64,000 nt of DNA from Malacoraja senta (taxonomy: Eukaryota): assembly GCA_038087875.1 (NCBI GenBank), contig CM075988.1, forward strand, positions 5,952,001 to 6,016,000, written 5' to 3'. The first letter of the stretch is position 1. Each line of letters begins with the position of its first letter. A program made the translations under genes and the position numbers. Below are positions 50,183-61,426 of the stretch, piece by piece. A model generated the notes under the pieces. That model saw only the letters and a program-made list of their open reading frames with translations, did no database searches and was not told the DNA's origin.

Positions 50183-51747
50183 CAGTGATGGAAATGGGGG
50201 GGGGGGGGGGGGGTACACAGGGGGACGGTGTTCCCCTCCTTTTCAGTTTCCAGTTTATATCCAATTTCTGTACTAGAAGGGAGTCAGAGACGCACGTTTA
50301 TTAGCTATCCTCATAGCTGCCAAGTAGTACGGATTTTCCGTATTTCGTACGGAAATGCAATACGAATATGGAAATACGAATTTGCGTTGTTAAACTACGG
50401 GTTAAAAAAAACCTACCATGGATAATCGTTACAATGAGTCACGCTGCACCGGCCATGAGACGAAAACGATTTGTTAACTGCCACTGTTAGCACTTGTTAA
50501 CAGCCAGTAGTTAACACGTAGTTATACAATGTATCATAAATACATCGATCCACATTCCTCAGTAAATGTAATTGTGTTTTGACCAAGTATTAATGACGCT
50601 GTGTTCCTTTGAATAAAATTCACGGGAGAATTTCTTAACTCACTGTCATTGAGGGCTCCGAACCGCGAGCACGGGCTTCTTCCTGGTGTGCAGGTCAAGT
50701 CATTCACCCACGTTATTTTTAAGAAGGAACAGCTCCCCATCTCGTCTGTCTATCGCTCTCTCACTCCCTCTCTCTCACCCTCTCGCCTCGGCATTCCCGG
50801 AAAAAATTGGCATTTTGCGGTGACGGCTGTATCTGCGGTTCCTTCCTGTTGAGGGGGAGCCCTGGCCCGTGGCGGCTCCTGGTCCATTCCCTCCGCGGGT
50901 GCCGCCTGGCCCGCTGAGTTCCTCCACCACTCTGTGTTTTTTGTTTGGCTCTGGAGTTGGAGGTGGACACGGGGGGCTGGGTTCGCTCAGCGGAAAGGGT
51001 GGCGGCTCTGGAGAGAGGGTCTTCTATCCAGAGTCACTGCCTGTCCCACTGAGTTACTCCAGCTTTATGTCTATCTTCAATTTCAGAGTTAAATTAAAAA
51101 CACAGAGTGCTGGAGGAACTCAGCGGGCTAGGCGGCATCTGTGGAGGGAATGGATTAGGAGTTGTTTCGGGCCAGGGTTCTTCTTCAATAGGAAGGAACT
51201 GCAGATCAAAGATACTAGAGCAGATACTAGTATCTTTGCTGCAGATCAGGCATGATATTTTTCCGATTTAAATCAGAATTTCGATTTTATTGTTATCCTA
51301 TTTGTCAATTTTTTGTGCCCGATTATTTGGCGGCCAATCAACCGGTCTCTAATGGGGTTGCGTCCAATCACCGACCAGCTTCCCTTAAAATTCCCGCCCA
51401 ATCAACAAATCGGTCTCCTCCCGTCCAATCAGCCGCTGTCTCCAAGGGCATTGTGTCTAATCACATAATGTGCTGGTCACTTGGCGGCCAATCAGACACA
51501 GTCTCCGAGGGGCGTTGTGTGACCAATATTTGTTATGCCTATCTTTATTTGACTGAGTTACTGATACAATGCGTATGTAATCATCGTACCCAGTGCATAA
51601 AGGCTCAAAATGGCCCTGAAATTTACCATATTACAAAAAAATTCTCACGGGGGGCTTATAACGTTTAACCCCACCCCCCTTCCTTCCCAACCTCAGCCTC
51701 ACGGATCTTAGCGTACCCCTAGTTCCTAAAACCCATTTCCATCACTG
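50183..51747. mobile_element. hAT-like non-autonomous DNA transposon (composite)
   Basis: Perfect 16-bp TIR cagtgatggaaatggg / cccatttccatcactg with CAG...CTG ends; 8-bp TSD not cleanly preserved. Confidence 0.65.
50831..51206 (+). repeat. Inverted repeat (~180-bp arms, 14-bp spacer) with A-to-G-biased left arm
   Basis: 50831-51012 aligns to the reverse complement of 51027-51206. Confidence 0.92.
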
Positions 51748-52357
51748 AATGCAGATCCCACTGGATGTCTGTAATTCTAGACCCCTGGGTGGAATCTGTT
51801 ACGGAGACCAGTTGTGTAACTCCTCCAGTGAACTCTCTGCGGATACATAACCTTTATGTACATCTTCCTTCAGAGTCTTTAATTGCAGAGCCAATTGGTA
51901 ACTCCCCGGCAGCATCTCCATAGTTACTGGATAGTTACAGCGGATGTGGAGAGTATACAGCCGCTCGACGACTGTTTACCGTTTCCAAATACAGTAAACC
52001 CTCGGTATAACAGCCCAAATGGCCAAATGGCCACAATAACCGAGTAAGGTTAATAAATATTTACTAGTTTAACCCAGGGCTGGGAGGGAAGAAACCGTGG
52101 TACAAGTGACAATAAACTAAACTTAACTCAAGTGCAGATCTGCCCTGCAACCCTCTCTGTTGTGCCAGGGGGGGGAGAGTGGGGTTAAATCAGTGGGTAT
52201 TGACAGGCGGAAGAGCCGGACACGCAGTGCGCTGGAGACGAGTCCGGTACCCACGCTCCCTCCGTTCCCGCGACTGGAAGCTCCCTCCGTCTAGCGCCAG
52301 CTTGTTGGGTAACCGACGGGAACCTTGCACCATTGTGTGCAGGGAAGGAACAGCAGA

Positions 52358-52655
52358 TAGAAACATAGAAAATAGATGCAGTAGGCCATTCGGCCCTTCG
52401 GCCCTTCGAGCCAGCACCGCCATTCAATGTGACCATGCCTGATGATCATCCAGAATCAGTACCCCGTTCCTGCTTTCTCCCCATATCCCTTGATTCCGTT
52501 AGCCCAAAGAGCTACATCCAACTCTCTCTTGAATACATCCAGTGAATCGGCCTCCACTGCATTCTGTGGCAGAGAATCCCACTGATTCACAACTCTCTGG
52601 GTGAAAAAGTTTTTCCTCATCTCTGCCATAAATGGCCCACCCCTTATTCTTAAAC
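52358..52655 (-). mobile_element. CR1 LINE 3' end
   Basis: EMRKNFFTQRVVNQW.SLPQ...KGYGEKAGTGY and CR1 tail. Confidence 0.9.
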
Positions 52656-52664
52656 CGTGAGTCA

Positions 52665-53462
52665 TCAGGTGGCGCCGTGCACGACAGCCTCGCCAGCAGT
52701 CTGTCCGTCATTTCACCCTGTCTAAAAGTATGTTTTTGGAGGTTTCTTAGTCTTTTGTTATGTGGGGGAGGTGGGCAGGGGAAGGGGGAAACTGTTTGCC
52801 AGTTACTCCCTGGTCGAGGATGTGTCTATTCTCCGAGTCGCATCTTCGCCCCCCTCCCCCCTCGCGGCCTACCAACTGGATTGGTGCGGCCTTTCCTGCC
52901 GGAGACCGGCCAGAGCTATGCCTTATCGGGGATCGCCGTGTGGACCTCCGGGGTGTTGGGCCAGCCGACTTTAACATCGTGGAGCTGTGGTCTGCGGAGT
53001 TTCTAGCCGCGGGCAGGGCTGACTCTAACATTGCGGAGTCCTGGGATCTTTTGCCAGAGGTTGCCAGCGTTGAATCTCCGCCCAGCTCGGCCTGTGGACT
53101 TCGGGAGCCGCGGTCTCCGGTAGGAAGTGGCCGGTTCGGAAACTCCAAGCCTCTGAGTGTGTTCTTCCGTTCCGACGCCGGAGCTCCGATCATCCCGGCG
53201 AGAGGGCCCGAACATCGGGCCGTCGTAGCGGCGACTGCGGAGGGTTCAAAGGCCCCGTCCACGGGTGAACAAAGAGGAAGATGGCTGAACTTTATTGCCT
53301 TCCCTCACAGTGGGAAACGCTGATCCCGCTGTGGGAGGATGTTTATGTTAAACTCTATCGTGTATTGCGTTCTTTTTTATTTGTATGGCTGTATGGTAAC
53401 TCAAATCTCACTCTACCTATTGGTGCATGTGACAATAAATGTAACTTGAACTTGAACTTGAC
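52665..53462 (+). mobile_element. GC-rich non-autonomous retroelement, apparently full length
   Basis: Head ggtggcgcc...gcctcgccagcagtctgtc; tail ctttattgccttccctcacagtg...catgtgacaataaa(acttga)n. Confidence 0.7.
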
Positions 53463-53754
53463 CCTTGGTTCTGGACTGCCCCAAACATCGGGAACAGATG
53501 CTCATTTACGCCAAAGATAGACACAAAATGCTGGTGTAACTCAGCGGGACAGGCAGCATCGCCGTGAGAGAGAGGGAATGGGTGACGTTTTGGGTCGAGA
53601 CCCTTCTTCAGACGGTGGGCGCGGCATGCATTGCCAGGACGACGCAGGTACAGTGGCACACACTGTGGCTGCATCAAACACTCCGGGACCTCACTTTGTG
53701 GCAGCCGCTGCAAACCCATGCCTAATGCAAGAGTGTTTACTGCGCTCTCTTGTT

Positions 53755-54330
53755 TTTTAAAATAATAAATAAATTTCATCAATTATTGCAAGAATAATAT
53801 ATACAATACAACACAATACCAAATAAACCCACCACCATAATACAAAATCACCCTATCATCTAAACTAATATTCTTAAATGTCAAATACACTCTTAAGCAA
53901 CTGTATCACCATCCTTAGTAAGGATGCATTCCACCCCCTGTGGTACCCAGCGGTCCCTGGAAATCCCCCAGGGCGCCCGTGGACAGCAGGCGCGGACATA
54001 ACCCCGGAAAAGGGGCAGGCATCCGGCTCGGGCAGAGCCCTCTTCTGCCTGACTCCGTGACTCGCGGGTGGCCAGCTTGGCCAGGCCGTGCAGCAACCCA
54101 ACCAGGACATCTTCAGCACGACCCTCTCCCCTCCACACAGGGTGTCCAAAGACGAGGATGGTGGGTGTGAAATGTAGCGAGAAGGCGAGGAGCATCGCCT
54201 TTACAATATTGGAACGGAGGTTGCAACTTACCGCTCACTCTCACCACCACCGCCTCGCTGTTCCCCAGCACTGCGCAGCCCGCCCGCCACCATGTACAGT
54301 CGCCTGAGTCCGCTCTAACCAAGATCTGTA
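53755..54330 (-). mobile_element. Tx1-clade LINE 3' fragment
   Basis: LHFTPTILVFGHPV...EDVLVGLL.GLAKLA...CLPLFRGYVRA; A-rich tail. A second piece is at ~62600-62860. Confidence 0.75.
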
Positions 54331-54611
54331 CTGTCGAGGTCTGTAATTGCGAAGGTTTACTGTAGACCCACTATGAGACTACCGTTAGTTTCCTACAAAT
54401 GTTATTTGTTATAACATTATCACTTATTTGTACACTGTGGACAGCTCGAGTATAATCATGCATTATCTTTCCGCTGACTGGTTAGCACGCAACAAAAGCT
54501 TTTCACCATATCTTGGTACATGTGACAATAAAATAAATTCAACTCAAATGCAGATCTACCCAGCAACCCTCTCTGTTGTGCCTCAATTGACACAGAACAA
54601 TGGTCCTCACC

Positions 54612-54811
54612 NNNNNNNNNNNNNNNNNNNNNNNNNNNNNNNNNNNNNNNNNNNNNNNNNNNNNNNNNNNNNNNNNNNNNNNNNNNNNNNNNNNNNNNNN
54701 NNNNNNNNNNNNNNNNNNNNNNNNNNNNNNNNNNNNNNNNNNNNNNNNNNNNNNNNNNNNNNNNNNNNNNNNNNNNNNNNNNNNNNNNNNNNNNNNNNNN
54801 NNNNNNNNNNN
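54612..54811. other. Assembly gap (200 N)
   Basis: Run of N. Confidence 1.
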
Positions 54812-56597
54812 CAATGACCATCTTCAACATGACAGAGATTATCTGCTTTCCCTTGACATTCCCAATGTAACCATTACAGAATCCCCACCAGCAGTAGGGT
54901 CATCGTCAACCAGAAACCCAACTGGTCCAACTGAGTATGTACTATGTCTGAATCAGCAGGGTAAAGGCTGGGTATTCTTTGACAATTGTCTCATCTCCTA
55001 ACTTGCCAAATTGTCTATACCTATCAATAAATAATCTATGCTCTCCATTTACTCATCCGTCCCTCCCCACCCTAGTTCTCCGACTAGTTTCACTGTCCTT
55101 CTGATTAATTTTACTGATTGTATGCCTCCTTGTCACCTTCCCCTCTGCCAACAATGTACCATTCTGCATTTCCTTAACATCGTCCGCTTTGATCTGTTGT
55201 TTTCACACCTCACCCTTCCATGTCTCTGTATCTCCCTCTCCCCTGAGTCTCAGTCTGAAGAAGGGTCTCGACACAAAACGTCACCCAATCCTTCTCTCCA
55301 GAAATGCTGCCTGTCCCGCTGAGTTACTCCAGCGTTTTCTGTCTGTCTCCATTTGCCTGGATGAGTTTGTCTTAGGAATATCACACAGGCAGAGCTGCCT
55401 ATTGACTGATATGTGGTGTGTTAACCCCATCATTACTAGTGCATCTTGGCTAAAGTACCAACTATAAAGTGCACAAGAGCCACTCATGAGGAACTGCAGG
55501 ACACAACGAACAACAGATGGTGGGTTTTTAAAAAAAGCTACTAAATGCTGGAGTAATTGAGCAGGTCAGGCAGCAGGAGGACATAGACAGGTGTTTAAGA
55601 AGGAACTGCAGATGCTGGAAAATCAAAGGTAGACAAAAGTGCTGGAGAAACTCACGGGTGCAGCAGCATCTATGGAGCGAAGGAAATAGGCAACGTTTCG
55701 GGGCGAAACCCTTCATGGACAGGTGACAATTTGGGCTGGGACCCTTCTAGTTCAGCACTCTGAGGTTTCATTAGCAGCACATCCCTTCTTACAACCTTAC
55801 CACAAGAAAGCAGGAGTATGGAACACCACCACAGAAACATCTCTCCACCAGTTTCACTATCCTGATTTGTAAATTCCGGGACTCTCTAGGCAATTGTAGC
55901 ATGTCAGTATCTCCATCATATAAAGTGTCTAACCTGCTCCTGCCCACTGTGGTCTTCTTACTGCCCGAGAACAGTTCCAGATTTAGTTTAGTTTAGAGAT
56001 ACAGCACGGAAACAGGCCCTTCAGCCCACCCAGTGCGAGCCGACCTGCGATCCCCGCACACTAATACTATCCTACACACACTAGGGACAATTTACATTTC
56101 TACCAAGCCAATCACCCGACAAACCTGCACGTCTTTGGAGTGCGCGGCGAAACCAAAGATCTCAGAGAAAGCCCATGCGGTCATGGGGAGAACGTACAAA
56201 CTGCGTACAGACAGCACCCATAGTCAGGATCGAACCCGGGTCACGGCGCTGTAAGTCAGCAACTCTACCGCTGTGCCACCTTGTTGCAATACAAAGATGT
56301 TGTCATCTTTTTAGAGATTATAAGTAAAGATATGCAAAGCTGCTACAAATCTCACCCACCCATTCCCCCACCACAATGCCACTTCTTGTTTCTTGTGCTC
56401 TGGTGAAAAATAGGTAGCAATGGTTTTATTAGGTATGATTTTAAACTGCGATAGTGAAGTTGAATGCCTAGAAATTTGATTGCATAATATCTGATATTAT
56501 TCAACTATGAAGAAAATGCACTGCCATGATTTTCAGCTTGCATCATGCCAAAATAGAAATTCAACACAGGGGTTCCTGGCATCAGTCTCTCTCATTA

Positions 56598-56891
56598 AGC
56601 CCCTGTCCCACGATGCGAGTACACCCAAGAGCTCTCCTGAGTTTAAAAAAATCAAACTCATGGTACTTCATCACAAGTATTTTTTTACACTTGGAAATTT
56701 TTCACACTGTTGAAAAAACTTCACGAGTTTCCGCGTTTCCAGAGTACCTGCCGTTAGCGTTACAAGCCGCTATGAGACATCCACGAGCTCTGACGTACCC
56801 GCTACGTACATTCTACATACTTACCACGAGTTTGATTTTTTTTAAAACTCGGGAGAGCTCTTGGATAAACTCCCATCGTGGGACAGAGCCT
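56598..56891. mobile_element. PIF/Harbinger-like MITE with TTA TSD
   Basis: ctgtcccacgatg / catcgtgggacag; TTA on both sides. Confidence 0.8.
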
Positions 56892-57539
56892 TTACCTTTT
56901 TCACTTTGGAGCATGTGGATTGATATCTATTGTCTGTCCATTTCCTCCACAGATGCTGCAAGAGTCACTGAGTATCTCCAGCACTTTGTCCTTTCCTCAT
57001 GATCCCAGCATCTGCAATTTTCCTTGTGCCTTCATTAATCCAGGAGATATGGGTTCAGATTCCACCACAGCAGCGGAGGGATGTAAAATCAAGCAATTAA
57101 TTGATCAGGTTTTTAGTCAGTGGATGTAGCCACAAAACTACTGGATTGCTGTAAAATAACATCTGGATAGCATATGTCCTGACCTGATAGGAACTCTACC
57201 ATTTGTATCCAGTCTCCGTAGTGTGACCTTGATCCATGTTCATCTCAGTTCAACAATGATGAGGGAAGCTCACTGTATTCCTGTGAATGGATAAGACAAA
57301 TAACAATTTTAGTACAGTAACAAATCGGCTGATATCACGACACACTTGTGGTGTCAGTGGGAGAGCATTTTGGGACCAGTGACCACATTTCTATTAGTCT
57401 TAAAACATTTATTGCAAAGGACAGAATTGTCCACAAGTTCTAAATTGTTCTAAATATCCAAGTTCTAAATTGGTGCAAGGTGAATTTTGTTATGGTATTG
57501 GATGGGAGGCGCTTGCAAACATTGATTGTAGTAGAATAT

Positions 57540-58785
57540 TTGCAGGCAAAAGCCCGTGTTGAAATCTGGAGGATTTTAAAAGAGAGATTGCGTGAGGTCT
57601 AGCTCTGCCTGTTCCCCTTAGAGTGAAGGGCAAGGCCATTAGGAGTGGGGAACCTTGGATTGCAAGAGCTCTGGTCAGAGAAAAGGAGGCATGGGTCAGG
57701 CAGAAGCAAATGGGATCCAGTTAATCCCTGGATGAGTATAGAGGATGCAAGAGTGTACTTAAGAAGGAAATCAGGCGAGTAAAAAGGGGATATACAATAA
57801 TTTTGGCAGTGAGGATTGAGGAGAATCCAAAGCTTAAGTATATTCAGAGAAAAACTGCAATTAGGGAGTGAATAGGGCCCTTTGTTTGGAGCTGCAGGAA
57901 ATGGCCGAGGTCCTCAATGGATATTTTGTCTCTTTTTTGCCGAGGTGAAAGACATGAAAGTTTGGGAGTTTGGAGATGTCTTGGGGATAGTCCACTTTAC
58001 AATAGAGGAGGTGCTGGATATCTTAAAATAAATGAGTTTAATTTAGAAAGGTGTGAGATGTTGCATTTTTTGGAAATCAAACCGACATAGGGTAGGACTT
58101 TCACAGTGAACGGTCGTCCCTGGGGAGTATTATAGAAGAGAGGGATGTAGGAGTATAAGTGCAGTGGCATCACAAGTAGACAGAGTGATGAAGAAGACTT
58201 TTGGCATGTTGGCCTTCATCAGTAAGGGCGTACAGTATAGGTTGGGATTTTATGTTGCAATTGTACAAATCGTTGGTGCGTGAAGCAACAATTGGGGTAT
58301 TGTGTGGAGTTTTGGTCATCCTGCTGTAAGAAAGAGCAATTAAGCTGGAACGAGTGTAGAGAAGATTCATGAGGATGTTGCCAGGACTCGAGGGACAGAA
58401 TTCTAGGGAGAGGCTGGGGGAGACTATCCCTTGGAAAGTAGGAGACTGAGGGGAAATCTTATAGTGTATAAAATTGTGAGATGCATAGATTGGGTGAATG
58501 CACACATTCCCAGGGTTGAGGAATCGCGAACTGGAGGGCACACATTTAAAGTGAGAAGGGAAGATTGAATAGGAACCCGAGGAGTAACTTTTTCACCCAC
58601 AGAGTGGTACGTAGTTAGAATGAGCTGCCAGAGAAAATCATTAAGACAGGTACAATAACAACATAAAAATGGTATTTGAACAGGTAGATTGATTTGAAAG
58701 GTTGAGAAGCATGCGTGTCAAATGCATGCAAATGGGACTAGCTGAGATGGACGTCTTGGTCAGCATGGCATGTTGGAAGGACTTT
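57540..58785 (+). mobile_element. Old degraded CR1 LINE fragment
   Basis: Remnants ttggcatgttggccttcatc, agaagattcatgaggatgttgccaggact, aactttttcacc...agagtggt. Confidence 0.75.
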
Positions 58786-59032
58786 AATTTAGTTTAAAGA
58801 TACAACGCGGAAACAGGCCCTTTGGCCACCGAGTCTGCGCCGACCAGTGATCCCCGCACATTAACACTATCCGACACACACGAGGAACAATTTACTCTTA
58901 TACCAAGCCAATTAACCTACATACCTGTACGTCTTAGCTGTGTGAGTTTTTGACTCTATAATACTTAACCAAACTGATAAACATACTTGTGGCCTGATGT
59001 ACTATTTCCCTGTTTGTTCCCCACTCTCGCAG

Positions 59033-59931
59033 CCAACATAATGACGATTATAATATTTTCTCGGCGAAAGTGTGGCCTGTCCAAAAACGTCACTCGTTAC
59101 CTGGTTGCCATGGCAGCGGCGGATCTCCTGGTGATCGTCACCGACCTGATCCTGAGGCACATCCCGATTGTCTTCTGGGACCGATTCCTGTTTATGGAGT
59201 CACTGCATGTGTGCAACATCCACGCCACCTTCCTCTTTGCTGCCAGCGACTGTTCCGTCTGGTTCACCGTCTCCTTCACCTTCGACCGGTTTGTGAGCAT
59301 TTGCTGCCAGAAGCTGAAGACCAAGCACTGCACGGGCAAGATGGCGGCCGTGGTCCTGGGAACGGTGACCGTGCTGAGCTGCCTGAAGAACATCAGCTGG
59401 TATTTCATGCTCAGCGGGAAATACTGGCTTTTGAACAACCCTTGGTTTTGTAACGTGGAATACGATGCTCTATTCTCACGGGCTTGGGGGGTCATTGAAA
59501 CATTGCATTACATTATTACCCCAGGGATGGCATTTGTTATGATTCTGCTGTTCAATGCTTTAACGGTCAGGCACATCTCAATAGTCAGCAAGGCCAGGAG
59601 ACGGCTCCGAGGTCACAACAGTTTGGAGAACACCAGAGACCCAGAGATGGAGAACCGAAGGAAGTCTATCATTTTGCTGTTTGTCATCTCTGTGAATTTC
59701 ATACTGTTATGGTCAACCTTGGCGGTGCACTGCTTGTGGAACCGAACATGGTATTTCAATCTCAGTTCTGAAATTCCACCCAACTTTGTTCAGGAGATTG
59801 GCTTCATGCTTCAGCTGCTGAGCTGCTGCACGAACACCTTTATCTATGCGTTGACCCAGACTAAGTTCAGAAAGCATTTGCAGAATATGCTTTGTTGTTC
59901 TAACTGTTGTTGCAGAATTCATCGGGTTTAG
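59033..59931 (+). CDS. Main coding exon of a class A GPCR, GPR139/GPR142-like; exon 1 not located
   Basis: Intact ORF with end of TM1 through TM7: ANIM...KCGLSK..TRYLVAMAAADLL, FTFDRFVSICCQKLK, ENRRKSIILL, LQLLSCCTNTFIY; pyrimidine tract plus gcAG acceptor, phase 1. Confidence 0.9.
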
Positions 59932-61161
59932 AGAGACTGCAATGGAAACAGGCCCTTTAGCTCACCGTGTCACCAATCACAAATCACCCGTTCACACTAG
60001 TTCTATGTTATCCCACTTTTACATCCACTCCCCATGCATGAGGGCCAATTGACCTACAAACCCTCAAGTCTTTGGGATGTGGGAGGAAATCGGAGGAAAC
60101 TCAAGTGGTCGTCGGGAGAATCTGCAAACTCCACACAGACAGTACCCGAGGTCAGGGTCGAAACAGGGACTCTGACGAGATTAGGCAACAGCTCAATTAG
60201 CTGTGCCACTGTGCCACAGCTGGTAGTTTCCAATGGTGAAACTTCATCTCATCTCATATTCTACCTGACCATTATTTTCCTGAAGGTTTTGGCTTACACA
60301 CAGACACACACGGAGGGTTAGGATGAGGAGGGGTTGAATGGGCCAGCTTGTTTATTATGCAGGATGTTCTTCCCCAATGCATATTTTCAAACCAAGAATT
60401 GTATTTAAGATGTGATGAATTAGGGAACTTTATTTGTATTAGGAGGTGCTGTATTGATTATAATGTAATTTTGATCGGGAACAAGAGAACCACTTAAAAT
60501 CATAGAGTTATAGAGTCCTGTAGCATGAAGACAGGCCCTTCGGCCCAACTTACCCATGCCAACCAACATGCCCATGTTGTAAAGATCAGATTAGTTATAG
60601 TCATGCAGCACAGAAACAGGCCCTTCGGCCCAACTAGCACATGATGACCAATATGCCCCATCTATGCTAGTCTCACCTGCACATGTTTGGCCCACATCCC
60701 TCTAAACCTTTCCTATCCATGTACCAGTCCAAATGTCTTTTAAGGGTTGTTATAGTACCCGCCATAAATACCTCCTCTGGTTGCTCATTCCATATACTCA
60801 CCACTCTGTGTGAAAATGTTGCCCCTCAGTTTCATATTAAATCTTTCCCCTCTCTCCTTGTACCTATGGTGCTTGATTCCCCTACTCAGGGCAAATAACT
60901 GACATTGCATTCACCCAATCTATTCAGCTGAAGGTTTTGTAATATGGATACAGAGAGTGTTAGGATGGGGAAGAGGTGAATGGGCCACCTATTTCATTGC
61001 ACAGATAGTTCTGCCCTAACACATGTTTCATGTATTTTGTGTTTTTTATGACTTTTCCTCCTGGGATAAATAAAGTTCTATGGTCTCGTATTGGGCATGT
61101 TTCCATAAAACAAATGGGATATAACTTGTGTGATGCTTTAGGGAATGTTATTTCTATTATG

Positions 61162-61426
61162 TAATTGTATTTGTTAGTCTGTGTTCAAGATGGCGGTCGG
61201 AGGGGGGAGTGGACGCTGGCGTTAAATTGCCGCTGCTCTCTCCTCAAATTGTGCTTCTGATTTTCTTTTTTTGTGTTTTTGGAAGGAATTCTGTCCCTGA
61301 TTTATGTATTGGTCTTTATAACCTATTTTTTTTAATTCTGATTATATGTTTTCTATAAATCTCTGTATGGTGTCCTTGAGACCTCGGTATAAGGCGCCCG
61401 TAAATAAAATCCATTATTATTATTAT
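61162..61426 (+). mobile_element. Short bipartite retroelement (LINE-like 5' head, L2-type tail)
   Basis: caagatggcg head, tgtccttgag...aaggcgcc..taaataaa(tat)n tail, tattatg on both sides. Confidence 0.55.

Noticed and set aside
54428..55001. ORFs spanning the N run
   Set aside because: Artefacts of the assembly gap.
58987..59032. N-terminal extension of the GPCR ORF (MWPDVLFPCLFPTL)
   Set aside because: TTG start within an intronic polypyrimidine tract; the true exon begins at 59033.
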